Origin: an uncultured Desulfurococcaceae archaeon
GTDB taxonomy: Archaea; Thermoproteota; Thermoprotei_A; Sulfolobales; NBVN01
Assembly (NCBI GenBank): GCA_964399035.1
Contig: CAYNPH010000037.1
Location: 4,681-68,680, forward strand
Direction of reading: 5' to 3'
DNA length: 64,000 nucleotides
Below, piece after piece: positions 9,034 to 17,461 of this stretch (position 1 is its first letter; each line of letters starts with the position of its first letter). The notes beneath the pieces were generated by a model, which saw only the letters and a list, made by a program, of their open reading frames with translations, searched no databases and was not told the origin of the DNA. The position numbers and the translations under genes are program-made.

Positions 9034-10278
9034 TCACTGAAGGAGCCACACGTTACCCACATACACGTGCCTCAGCCCGGCATTCCGTGCCTCCCTAACG
9101 CATTCCTCAGCCTGCTTACGCGGCGTGGTTCCGATATCGTTCATCAGGTGGTCCGGGTGGAAGGCTAGGAGCACTAGGGGGACGTCGGCATCGAGGGACG
9201 CTAGGTACTCGGAGATCCTCCTAACTTCCTCCGCGTCAACGTACTCAGGAACTAGGAGGACGCTAACGGTGAGTAACGGGATCTCAGGGCGCTCCTTACC
9301 CATCCTAGCCACTAGCGCGGTGTTAATCATTAACCGCTTAACAGCCTTCTCCCCGTTAACGCCCGTCAAAGCCTCATACACGGACGGTGTCCAAGCTTTC
9401 CAGTCCACCTTAACTATCCCGCCACTAACTAGGGAGAGCCTAGCCATGGCCCTCATCAACCCCGGGTGCTCGACACCGTTAGTCTCCCAACACACCCTCT
9501 TAACGAGCCCCTCCTCACGAGCCCTACGCACAACCTCGCTGGAAACCCTCAGCGCGAAAGGCGCGTGAGGCCCCGGGTCGCCGCCGAAGTAGCAGATACA
9601 CGTCACGCGAGGGCTCATCGCAACCTCAACTAACTCACTCCAGCCCCTAACCCACGGCACCCTACCTCCCCTCGCTACCGCCTCACCAGCCATCACCTTG
9701 TGCTGCCAGTTCTGACAGAACACGCAGTCCAGCCCGCAACCAGCGAAGAAGACAGCTAGGTTCACGTACCCCTCCTCAAGCCCCGGCCTCACAGCGAACT
9801 CAGGGAACCCAGCCCCCGTAACTGCGGGACAGAAGTGCGCGGCAACACAATTAGTTGGGTGCGGGTCGAAATACCACTCAACAACCGCCCCACCATGACC
9901 CGCAACAGGGACTAACCTACCGCCCCGGAACACCCAAGCACCACAGAACCCGCTAGCACCCTCCTCACGCGGCACTAAGCACTCATTAACACACAACCCA
10001 CACCTAAACCCGCCCTCAGACCTAGGTGGCTCGGCAGGTAAGCCAACCTCAGCCCTGAACCCCTCCCTAACACCGAGTGACTTAACCACCCTAAGCGACT
10101 CCGAGGGCCGGCACCTCAAGCACTCAGCACACACCCCGATAACCCCGCTAACGTTAGGTGAGAACCTACCGCAGACCCCGCACCTCACCAAACGCCCCGC
10201 ACCAAGTAAGTTAGCTGAATCAGATGAAATAAAGCCGGTATCAAGCTCCGCGCTACGGACATGAATTGCCCTTGTCAA
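9034..10278 (-). CDS. Radical SAM protein, PFL-activase-like (AmmeMemoRadiSam-type N-terminal Cys clusters)
   Basis: CGLDCVFC (CxxxCxxC), extra CGVC..CAEC, CGLCVNEC..FCG and HPTNCVAAHFC, WETNG, FHPDH. Confidence 0.88.
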   Translation of the reverse strand: MTRAIHVRSAELDTGFISSDSANLLGAGRLVRCGVCGRFSPNVSGVIGVCAECLRCRPSESLRVVKSLGVREGFRAEVGLPAEPPRSEGGFRCGLCVNECLVPREEGASGFCGAWVFRGGRLVPVAGHGGAVVEWYFDPHPTNCVAAHFCPAVTGAGFPEFAVRPGLEEGYVNLAVFFAGCGLDCVFCQNWQHKVMAGEAVARGGRVPWVRGWSELVEVAMSPRVTCICYFGGDPGPHAPFALRVSSEVVRRAREEGLVKRVCWETNGVEHPGLMRAMARLSLVSGGIVKVDWKAWTPSVYEALTGVNGEKAVKRLMINTALVARMGKERPEIPLLTVSVLLVPEYVDAEEVRRISEYLASLDADVPLVLLAFHPDHLMNDIGTTPRKQAEECVREARNAGLRHVYVGNVWLLQ

Positions 10279-10342
10279 GCAAAGCGCGGGCCGCGTTGAC
10301 GTCGGTTAAAAACAAGCCATTATGGGATCGTGCCGTGTTGCT

Positions 10343-10639
10343 TCAGGGCCTAGCGGCTTTCGCTATGGCCTCGCCCAGCGGCACGGCAGGCGCTACCCTG
10401 TACTTCGCGTAGAGGTTCGGCATAACCTTAACGAACGTCAGTAACACTTCAAGCACCTTCTCCTCGCTCTCGGCCTCCACCAGCGTGACTCCCCAGAACG
10501 GGATGCTTGGGACTATGTATGATTGGAGGATCCTCACGCCTTCCGGAGGGTAGCCGGTCTTCGTGGCAACGAGGGACGCTTCGGCAGCCTTCTTAACGTC
10601 GTACTCAGGGTTCAGCTCATAATATACTAGGAACTTCGT
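10343..10639 (-). CDS. Small DUF3303-like protein (98 aa) with apparent ACG start codon
   Basis: Frame stays open upstream of the track's GTG (10537) to a TAG at 10657 with no ATG/GTG/TTG. GGAGGTGA lies 7 nt before ACG-AAG-TTC-CTA-GTA ((M)KFLV). Body PEGVRILQSY..GVTLVEAESEE..RVAP resembles DUF3303 proteins. Confidence 0.6.
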   Translation of the reverse strand, partial: TKFLVYYELNPEYDVKKAAEASLVATKTGYPPEGVRILQSYIVPSIPFWGVTLVEAESEEKVLEVLLTFVKVMPNLYAKYRVAPAVPLGEAIAKAARP

Positions 10640-10859
10640 CCTTAACTCACCTCCCTAACAAGTCCGCTACGCCCCTATTATCGTCGAGCGACGCGACGTA
10701 CGTACGTTAGGTGTGTTCGCCAGCAACCAAAGTGGTTTTGCGTTTCATCCGTAACTGGCGATGAGTGTTTGGGGTGCCGTAGCTTTTTCTGTGGGGTTAA
10801 CCCATTACTTGTAAACAAATTTATTTGGTTCCCGAACCTCTTAAGTCGGTGGTAGTTGA

Positions 10860-12980
10860 ATGAGGCACCACTACGTCCCTGCATTACTGGCTTTGCTGGT
10901 TGTCGCGTTGGGCGTGTTAAATAACGTCACTTACTACGTGAACGCCGCCCAACCCTCAGGGAACACCAACGCGTACGGCGAGGTGCCTTACTGTGTGGGG
11001 ATCGTTAAGTACCCTAACTGGGGGTTACCCGACGTCACCTACCCGGGAGGTGAGGTAAGCATTCACTTATGGGGTGGTGTTGGGGTGAAGGGCGTTGTCC
11101 TCGAGAACGGCACGCTTAGAGCTAAGCTGAAGCTCATTAAGAGCGGCGAAGGCGTTGTCGAGGCTGAACTACCAGAAGGCGTGGGGCCCGGGATGTATGA
11201 CTTAATACTGAACACCACTGAGGGCGTTTGCGGCATCCACAACGCTGTCTGGGTACCGGGAGAGAGGTTCAACTCACCGAACAGTGCCTTAGTACTGATG
11301 CACGTGACCGACAACCACTTCAACGTCATGAACCCCGGCGAGAGGCCTGCGGCAGACTACGTGTTATCAGCGGTGCTCCTAGCCTTAAGCATGCCCAACG
11401 TCACGGCGGTGGTGAACACTGGTGACTTAGCGAACACGGGCAACGTTAACCAGTACCTCAAGGCGATCGAGGTGTTCAGCCTCCTTAACAAGCCCGTACT
11501 ATCGATACCCGGCAACCACGACCACGTGGTCGGGATCAAGAACTACGAGCTGTACGTAGGTCCTAGGAACTGGAGCTTAAGGCTAGGGAGGTTCCTCTTC
11601 GTGGGCATGGACACGGGGTACGACGGGTACCCAACGACGGCAGAAGCTACGTGGGCGTATAAGGTACTAACAGGAAGTAACGCCACTGCCGAAATACTGA
11701 TGTTCCATCACCCGCTCTTCGCGTACGTGTACGGGAACACGCCCCACGACTTCAACGTAAGCAGTTGGCAGGACCTAGAGAAGGTGCTGCTCTCCAAGAA
11801 GCCAGGGAGCAAGTACCCGTACCTCTTCACCAGCTGGGTTCAGAACAAGGAAGCCTTCGAAACCATGCTCAAGGCGATATACGGGTCGCGCACCGTGTTA
11901 GTGCTTGCGGGACACATACACCTAGACAGCTACGCCACGATAGAGAGGCCCAACCACGTCAAGACGTGGTTCATCGTGACGACCGCGTTAGGAGGGCCTG
12001 TCAGGGATCAGGACTACCACGGGTTCCGCATAATTAAGGTGTACGGGAACGGAACGGTTCAGGTCTACGGCGAGGGCAAGCCGTGGGACAGGCACGCATC
12101 CTACAGCGTCGAGGGTGTTGAAGCCTTCCTTAAGGTAAGCGCGGCGGCCTCAGCCGAAACCCTAACCATAGTTGACCCGAAGATAGCGGCGATGCTCCCC
12201 CACGTAGTGCTGGCGGTCCCCATACCGAAGGGCTTCGAAGGCAAGTACAAGGTATACGCCCCCAACGCGGACAGGGTCTGGAGTAGGTGCACGCCAGCCT
12301 TCTGCGCGACGTACGCGGAATTCAAGGACGTGAAGCTGGGGAAGACCTATAGGCTAGTGGCGTACGTGAAGCCCGACGAGGCACCCCCGACGATAATCGT
12401 GAGGAACGCCCCGCAGGAGGTGCTGGTCGGTAAGCCAGTAAACATAGCTTACGGGGTTAAGGACGATGCGTGGGGAGTGCAGGGAACCAACGCCGTGGTA
12501 ATCATTAATGGCGAGAAGAAGACCGTCAAGCCAATGCTTTACGGCGGCTCATACACGATATCCTTCCTAGCGCCGAAGACACCGGGTAAGGTAACCGTGG
12601 TGATAACCGCCACGGACTTCTCAGGCAAGGTAACAAGTAAAACCATAGTCATCAACGTAGTGAAGAGCACACCCACATCCCCGCCACCACCAACAAGCAC
12701 AACGAGCACCAGCACAACAACAACCGCGACAACCTCAACAACCACCACAACACAGCAAACAAGCACGACCACGCAGACAAGCACATCAACAACCACGCCA
12801 CCAACAACCACGCAAAGCACCGCAACCCCAACCAAGTCAACACGCACGCAAAGCAGTACCCCCTCAAGCACAACCCAGCAACCAGGGTCAGTGCCAATAC
12901 CGCTGATTGTTGGGGGCGTCATAGCCGTCATAGTGGTGGCGGCAGCCCTATACCTTGTGCTCAGTAAGGTCAAGCGATGA
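10860..12980 (+). CDS. Secreted, membrane-anchored calcineurin-like metallophosphoesterase
   Basis: Signal peptide; motifs DNH, GDLA, GNHD, FHHP, GHIH; Ig-like segment, Thr-rich linker, C-terminal TM and basic tail. Confidence 0.88.
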   Translation: MRHHYVPALLALLVVALGVLNNVTYYVNAAQPSGNTNAYGEVPYCVGIVKYPNWGLPDVTYPGGEVSIHLWGGVGVKGVVLENGTLRAKLKLIKSGEGVVEAELPEGVGPGMYDLILNTTEGVCGIHNAVWVPGERFNSPNSALVLMHVTDNHFNVMNPGERPAADYVLSAVLLALSMPNVTAVVNTGDLANTGNVNQYLKAIEVFSLLNKPVLSIPGNHDHVVGIKNYELYVGPRNWSLRLGRFLFVGMDTGYDGYPTTAEATWAYKVLTGSNATAEILMFHHPLFAYVYGNTPHDFNVSSWQDLEKVLLSKKPGSKYPYLFTSWVQNKEAFETMLKAIYGSRTVLVLAGHIHLDSYATIERPNHVKTWFIVTTALGGPVRDQDYHGFRIIKVYGNGTVQVYGEGKPWDRHASYSVEGVEAFLKVSAAASAETLTIVDPKIAAMLPHVVLAVPIPKGFEGKYKVYAPNADRVWSRCTPAFCATYAEFKDVKLGKTYRLVAYVKPDEAPPTIIVRNAPQEVLVGKPVNIAYGVKDDAWGVQGTNAVVIINGEKKTVKPMLYGGSYTISFLAPKTPGKVTVVITATDFSGKVTSKTIVINVVKSTPTSPPPPTSTTSTSTTTTATTSTTTTTQQTSTTTQTSTSTTTPPTTTQSTATPTKSTRTQSSTPSSTTQQPGSVPIPLIVGGVIAVIVVAAALYLVLSKVKR
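12670..12885 (+). repeat. Low-complexity ACN-rich tract encoding a Thr/Ser/Pro linker
   Basis: Runs of acc/aca/acg codons encoding TSPPPPTSTTSTSTTTTATT... within the metallophosphoesterase. Confidence 0.85.
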
Positions 12981-13840
12981 GGTCCTTAACCCACGCCGTT
13001 TTTATTAAGGGATTCACCACTTTTACTCCGCGGGCCGCAGGAATGCCCGGCACGCGTTGCGAGGCATTCACATCAAGTAAGTACTGGTTTAAGGTCGTCG
13101 CCTCGGGCTTCGTGAGGGGCGGTGACTTAAGCATCCTCAGCGACGCTTGGGTAGTTGGTTTAGGAACGGGCTTCACCACCTTCCCCAAGATACTAAGTGA
13201 GGTTGGGTCCGTGGAGGACGTGACGGGCGGTGCGCACGTGTTCCGAACGTATAACGTGTCCTTAAGCGGGAGGAAGGTCACGGTCGTTGTCTCGGCAGGC
13301 GGTAGCGGGTATGCTGAGGTGATCGTCGCCATGGCTAGTGAGCGGGGCGTGAAGGCTCTAATAGGTGTTGGGTTATGCGGCGCCTTAAGCGATGAGCTAA
13401 GCATCGGCGATGTAGTCATCCCTACAGGATCTGTTAGGGAGGACTGCCTCACCGACAGGTACGTGCCGCCGGGGTACCCCGCAACACCTGATTACGGTCT
13501 CCTGAAGGAGCTAGAGGAGAGCCTAAGGAGGTATGGCCTCAACCCCATACCCGGAACCATCGTGACCACCGCGTCTACCTTCACCGAGAGTAGGGAGTGG
13601 GCTGAAAACCACAGGAGGAGGGGCGTGCTCTGTGTGGAGTGCGAAGCCTCCGTAATCTTCACGCTAGCGCGCCTATGCAGGATACCCTCAGCCATAGCGT
13701 TAGTGGTGAGCGACTCCGTGATTAAGGAGGAGGAAGCATTCACGGGAGGGGAGGCCCGCGCACGGATGAGGAGAACCCTAGAGCTGGTCACGCGCGCGGC
13801 GCTTGACGCTTCCGCCAGCTTTGCCGAACTAAGCCATTAA
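12977..13840 (+). CDS. Nucleoside phosphorylase (PNP/UDP family)
   Basis: GVGLCGAL, IGDVVIPTGSVRED, GTIVTT..F, VECEAS, VSD. True start may be downstream. Confidence 0.88.
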   Translation: MRSLTHAVFIKGFTTFTPRAAGMPGTRCEAFTSSKYWFKVVASGFVRGGDLSILSDAWVVGLGTGFTTFPKILSEVGSVEDVTGGAHVFRTYNVSLSGRKVTVVVSAGGSGYAEVIVAMASERGVKALIGVGLCGALSDELSIGDVVIPTGSVREDCLTDRYVPPGYPATPDYGLLKELEESLRRYGLNPIPGTIVTTASTFTESREWAENHRRRGVLCVECEASVIFTLARLCRIPSAIALVVSDSVIKEEEAFTGGEARARMRRTLELVTRAALDASASFAELSH

Positions 13841-13928
13841 GGCGGCGTCAGTAACTCCCGGAGAAGGCTCGGCGCAGCACCCGCCGTTAATTATTACCTC
13901 CGCGGAACCTGTATTAACGGGTGCGTAA

Positions 13929-15863
13929 TTGCCCGCGGTCAACTGGAGGAGGTTAGACAGGAAATTCGTCCTCGGCCTTAACTACTGGCCCAGAAAGGCC
14001 GGGCCGAGAATGTGGTTCAGGTGGGACACCGCGTCAATCGCCGAGGATCTAAGGATCATTAAGTCCTTGGGTGTTAGGGCGGTCAGGTTCTTCTTACTCC
14101 TCCAAGACATCGTTAACCCGCATGCCGAGCCCCACTCAGAGATCGTGGGTAGGGTAGCTGAGTTCCTCAAGCTACTGAAGGAGTACGGGCTGGAAGGATT
14201 CGCCACGGTACTCGTGGGGCACATGAGCGGGAGGAACTGGGGCATACCCTTCCAGCCGAGGGAAGGTGTGTATACGCCTTCGTTCTTGAGGAGACTCGAG
14301 AGGTTCCTAGAAGCACTACTGAGCAACATAGGTGGCGAGTACCTAGAGCAGGTTAAGGCGTGGGTGCTCTCAAACGAACTAATGCTTTACGCGAAACCCC
14401 GCAGTACGGAGGAGTACTTAGGCTTTGTGAGCGCGGCGGTGAGGGCCATAAAGTCCCTCGACCCCGGGAAGCCCGTGGGCTTAGGGGACGTGGCGGGCCC
14501 GGGTACTGAGGCCCCTAACGCGGCACGCATATGCGACTACTGCGGGTACCACCTGTACTACTACGACGCCGACCCCGTGAGGCACGGGCTCGCGTACGCG
14601 TTCGCCACGGACCTCTACAGCATGGGCGGCAACGCCCCCGTGATCGCGGAGGAGGTGGGCTTCAGCAGCGCTCAGTTCAGCGACGGCGAGATAAGCAGGT
14701 TCCTTAGATCCGTGCTGGTCAGCATCCTAGCTAACGGTGCTTCAGGCGCCTTCATATGGTGCTTCAGTGACTTCGACCTAGACCATGAGGCGCCCTACCT
14801 GTGGAAGCCCTTCGAACTCCGCTTCGGCGTAGTCGATGCCCAGGGACGGCCGAAGGAGCAGGGCAGGGTGATTAAGGAGTTCTCAAAGCTACTGGAGGAG
14901 CTTGAGGGTCGTGGAATATACCCCGAATTCGAGCCTCTGAAGGACCCGGTAACCATAGTGTACCCGGCCTTCACGTATGACGAAGTAATTGAGTTCGTGG
15001 GGTACGGCACCCAATTAGCGAGGGGCCCGGCACTCGAGGCATACACCGTGCTGAAGACCATGGGCATCAACCCGCTGGTACTGCCGGAGCACATGATTAG
15101 CGAGGCAACCCCGAAACCGGGGCTAGTGATGGTGCCGTCAACACCGACGCTCCTCTCAACAACGTGGAGGGTGCTCGAGAGGCTTGCTAGGGACGGTAGC
15201 ACGCTGTATTATAGCTTCGTAAAGCACGCCCAGCACCCGCACGACTCCCCAACCCACCTCTGGCGTGAGTTATTCGGGGTGATCCCGGACGTGCCCGCAG
15301 GCTCGCCAGGAGCGCCCCCGCCAAGCAAGTTGCTAATCACTTACAGGAGGACGTACGAGTCACTCAGCGTACCTCAGGGAAAGGGGGACGTGCTGGGCTA
15401 CCTATTCAAGCCAGTAGAGGCCAGCGTCATCGGCTTAGACTACCTCGGCAAGCCCCAAATATTCCTGCGGGAAATCGGTGAGGGTCACGCGGTACTCGCA
15501 TCCGTCCCCCTCGAAGCACTGGCGTACGACGCCTTAAGGGCGGACACGTACAGAGGCGAGTTACTGAAAGCCTACGAAGTGCTGGTCAGGGTTGCGGGCA
15601 TTAAACCACGCGTGATTCAGCGTTCCGAGGGCGAGGGGCTGGAGACCGTCGCGTGGGGAGGCGGCGGGGACGAGGTAGCGTTATTCATCATAAACCACTC
15701 ACATAGGCACGTGGAATCAAGCCTAGAACTCGCGGGTGGTGAGGTAAGGTCCTTCGATGTCGTCGGGGCTCTAGGTAATGCACGTGCCCGCCCAGAGGGT
15801 ACGGGTGTGTGGGTTAGCGTGGATGGTAAATCCTCCATAGTGCTCCTTGCTCGGCTTGACTAG
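13929..15863 (+). CDS. Clan GH-A glycoside hydrolase, GH5-like (candidate beta-mannosidase/mannanase)
   Basis: GLNYWPR..MW, VRFF, WVLSNE (acid/base), GYHLY, IAEEVG (nucleophile), FIWCFSD; C-terminal trimerisation-like domain. Confidence 0.82.
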   Translation: MPAVNWRRLDRKFVLGLNYWPRKAGPRMWFRWDTASIAEDLRIIKSLGVRAVRFFLLLQDIVNPHAEPHSEIVGRVAEFLKLLKEYGLEGFATVLVGHMSGRNWGIPFQPREGVYTPSFLRRLERFLEALLSNIGGEYLEQVKAWVLSNELMLYAKPRSTEEYLGFVSAAVRAIKSLDPGKPVGLGDVAGPGTEAPNAARICDYCGYHLYYYDADPVRHGLAYAFATDLYSMGGNAPVIAEEVGFSSAQFSDGEISRFLRSVLVSILANGASGAFIWCFSDFDLDHEAPYLWKPFELRFGVVDAQGRPKEQGRVIKEFSKLLEELEGRGIYPEFEPLKDPVTIVYPAFTYDEVIEFVGYGTQLARGPALEAYTVLKTMGINPLVLPEHMISEATPKPGLVMVPSTPTLLSTTWRVLERLARDGSTLYYSFVKHAQHPHDSPTHLWRELFGVIPDVPAGSPGAPPPSKLLITYRRTYESLSVPQGKGDVLGYLFKPVEASVIGLDYLGKPQIFLREIGEGHAVLASVPLEALAYDALRADTYRGELLKAYEVLVRVAGIKPRVIQRSEGEGLETVAWGGGGDEVALFIINHSHRHVESSLELAGGEVRSFDVVGALGNARARPEGTGVWVSVDGKSSIVLLARLD

Positions 15864-15992
15864 CTACCACGTTAATCGAGCTGTTCTAAATTTTTGAACA
15901 GGCCGTTCGTTCTTAAGCAACGAACGATTACATATATTTTTATTGAATACATTTATCTAGAATGCTTTCAAGTCAAATATGTGGTGTGCGAC

Positions 15993-17306
15993 ATGGTCAC
16001 GCGTGCTAAGGCACTTACGGCGGGACTGATAGTGGTTGGGATAGCACTAATGCTCTTCAGCGTAGGGCTAATGGGCAGTAATGGTGTGGTTGAGGCGGCG
16101 AAGGAACTCACGATAAGCACGGTTAAGCTGGAGTCACTATACCACAACGCAAGCACAGGTAACCTAGACCTGAAGGTCACAGCAACAATAAAGAACCCGT
16201 CCAACGCCGACGTGAGGCTAGGGAACACGAAGTACTTCATGAGCGTCAACGGTGTTGAAGCCTCAAACGTCAATGGCCCGGACGCGATGGTAATACCTGC
16301 CCGGACCTCAAAGACCGTGACCATCACCGCCACGCTGAACCCCAACGATAACGCAACGAGGGAGATGCTCAGGAACCTCTTCATAATTAAGGAAGCGACG
16401 ATAGGGGTGGGCATGGTTGCCCAAGCACCCGTCGCGTGGTTCGGCGTCCTCCAATACGGCAGAGCCACGGTCGAGTTAAGCGGGAACACGACGCAGGAGA
16501 TAGGCCCCATACTGGCGTCCCTAATCAGCGGTGGCCACATGATGGTTGCTGGCAGTAAGAACGCCTTCGACGTGGTAAGCACCGCCTGGTACGTTAACGA
16601 CCATGAGGTAACTGAGGCTCAGCAGGGAGCTGAGGTTACGCTGAAGTTCAGAATCAGGGCTAACTCCGACCTAAACGGGTTTAAGGCGATGGCATGCATC
16701 GTGAGGGACAAAGCCCACGCGTTCGACATCATAGACACGTGTAAGGGGTACGTGCTAAACATGAGGAAAGGTGAGGAGAAGGAACTCTCGCTGTCGTTCG
16801 AGGTGAGGGACGTAAGCACCAACTGCCGCGGCTTCTACCTATCCGCTGGCAAGGAAGGAATGGGTGAGATCGGGGAGAGCACCATTGTTGAGGAGTACTA
16901 CGCGATGCCTAACAAGTACCCGCCAAGGCTTAAGGTCAAGCCCGTGGACATGTTCCTAGTGGTTACTGGGGCGGGGTGGTACGTTAACGGCCAGGAAGTC
17001 ACTAAGGTAAAGAAGAACACGAACGTGGAAGCCAGAGTGTACTTGAGGGCGGTCGCCAATTCACACGATGTGAAAGTAGAGGTCTGCGTTAGGGCCGACT
17101 ACAAGTACGTGCTCGACAAGAACGTCGCGTGCAGGACAGTGAGGGTGAGCCTCGATAAGGGGCAAACAACTACGGTGTCCTTAACCTTCAAGGCGGAGAA
17201 GCACTTCCTGCTCAGAGGGTACTTCATAAAGGTGAAGATCTCGCAGTGGAGCTCATCAACCTGGGAGATGGGCAACCACTACCCGCCGAGGCTTAAGGTC
17301 AGCTAA
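15993..17306 (+). CDS. Membrane-anchored LEA_2/WHy-domain protein with two C-terminal repeat domains
   Basis: Start moved to ATG 15993. N-terminal TM, then LKVTATIKNPSNADVRL..Y..SVNG (LEA_2-like), then two ~115-120-aa repeats from WYVN to YPPRLKV. Confidence 0.65.
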   Translation: MVTRAKALTAGLIVVGIALMLFSVGLMGSNGVVEAAKELTISTVKLESLYHNASTGNLDLKVTATIKNPSNADVRLGNTKYFMSVNGVEASNVNGPDAMVIPARTSKTVTITATLNPNDNATREMLRNLFIIKEATIGVGMVAQAPVAWFGVLQYGRATVELSGNTTQEIGPILASLISGGHMMVAGSKNAFDVVSTAWYVNDHEVTEAQQGAEVTLKFRIRANSDLNGFKAMACIVRDKAHAFDIIDTCKGYVLNMRKGEEKELSLSFEVRDVSTNCRGFYLSAGKEGMGEIGESTIVEEYYAMPNKYPPRLKVKPVDMFLVVTGAGWYVNGQEVTKVKKNTNVEARVYLRAVANSHDVKVEVCVRADYKYVLDKNVACRTVRVSLDKGQTTTVSLTFKAEKHFLLRGYFIKVKISQWSSSTWEMGNHYPPRLKVS

Positions 17307-17461
17307 GACTAGGTGCTAGCGCAAAGCGAGCGAGTTTTTCCCCACTTACGCATCCCCGAGCAGGCATGCATGCGCCTAGCGTGAGGTCAGCGCACCCGAT
17401 TACGGGATGGGCTAGGGGCTCGATGAACAGTTTATAACCATTTACTCAGGAAGGACTCTTA

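Noticed and set aside
12670-12885. ACC/ACA short repeats as a CRISPR or VNTR array
   Set aside because: There is no fixed repeat-spacer periodicity, and the pattern is explained by poly-Thr coding. The same applies to 25310-25445, 35110-35200 and 50820-50885.
12539-12973. Val-rich antisense ORFs (144 aa and 81 aa)
   Set aside because: They are shadows of the Thr-rich linker and TM anchor of the + strand phosphoesterase.
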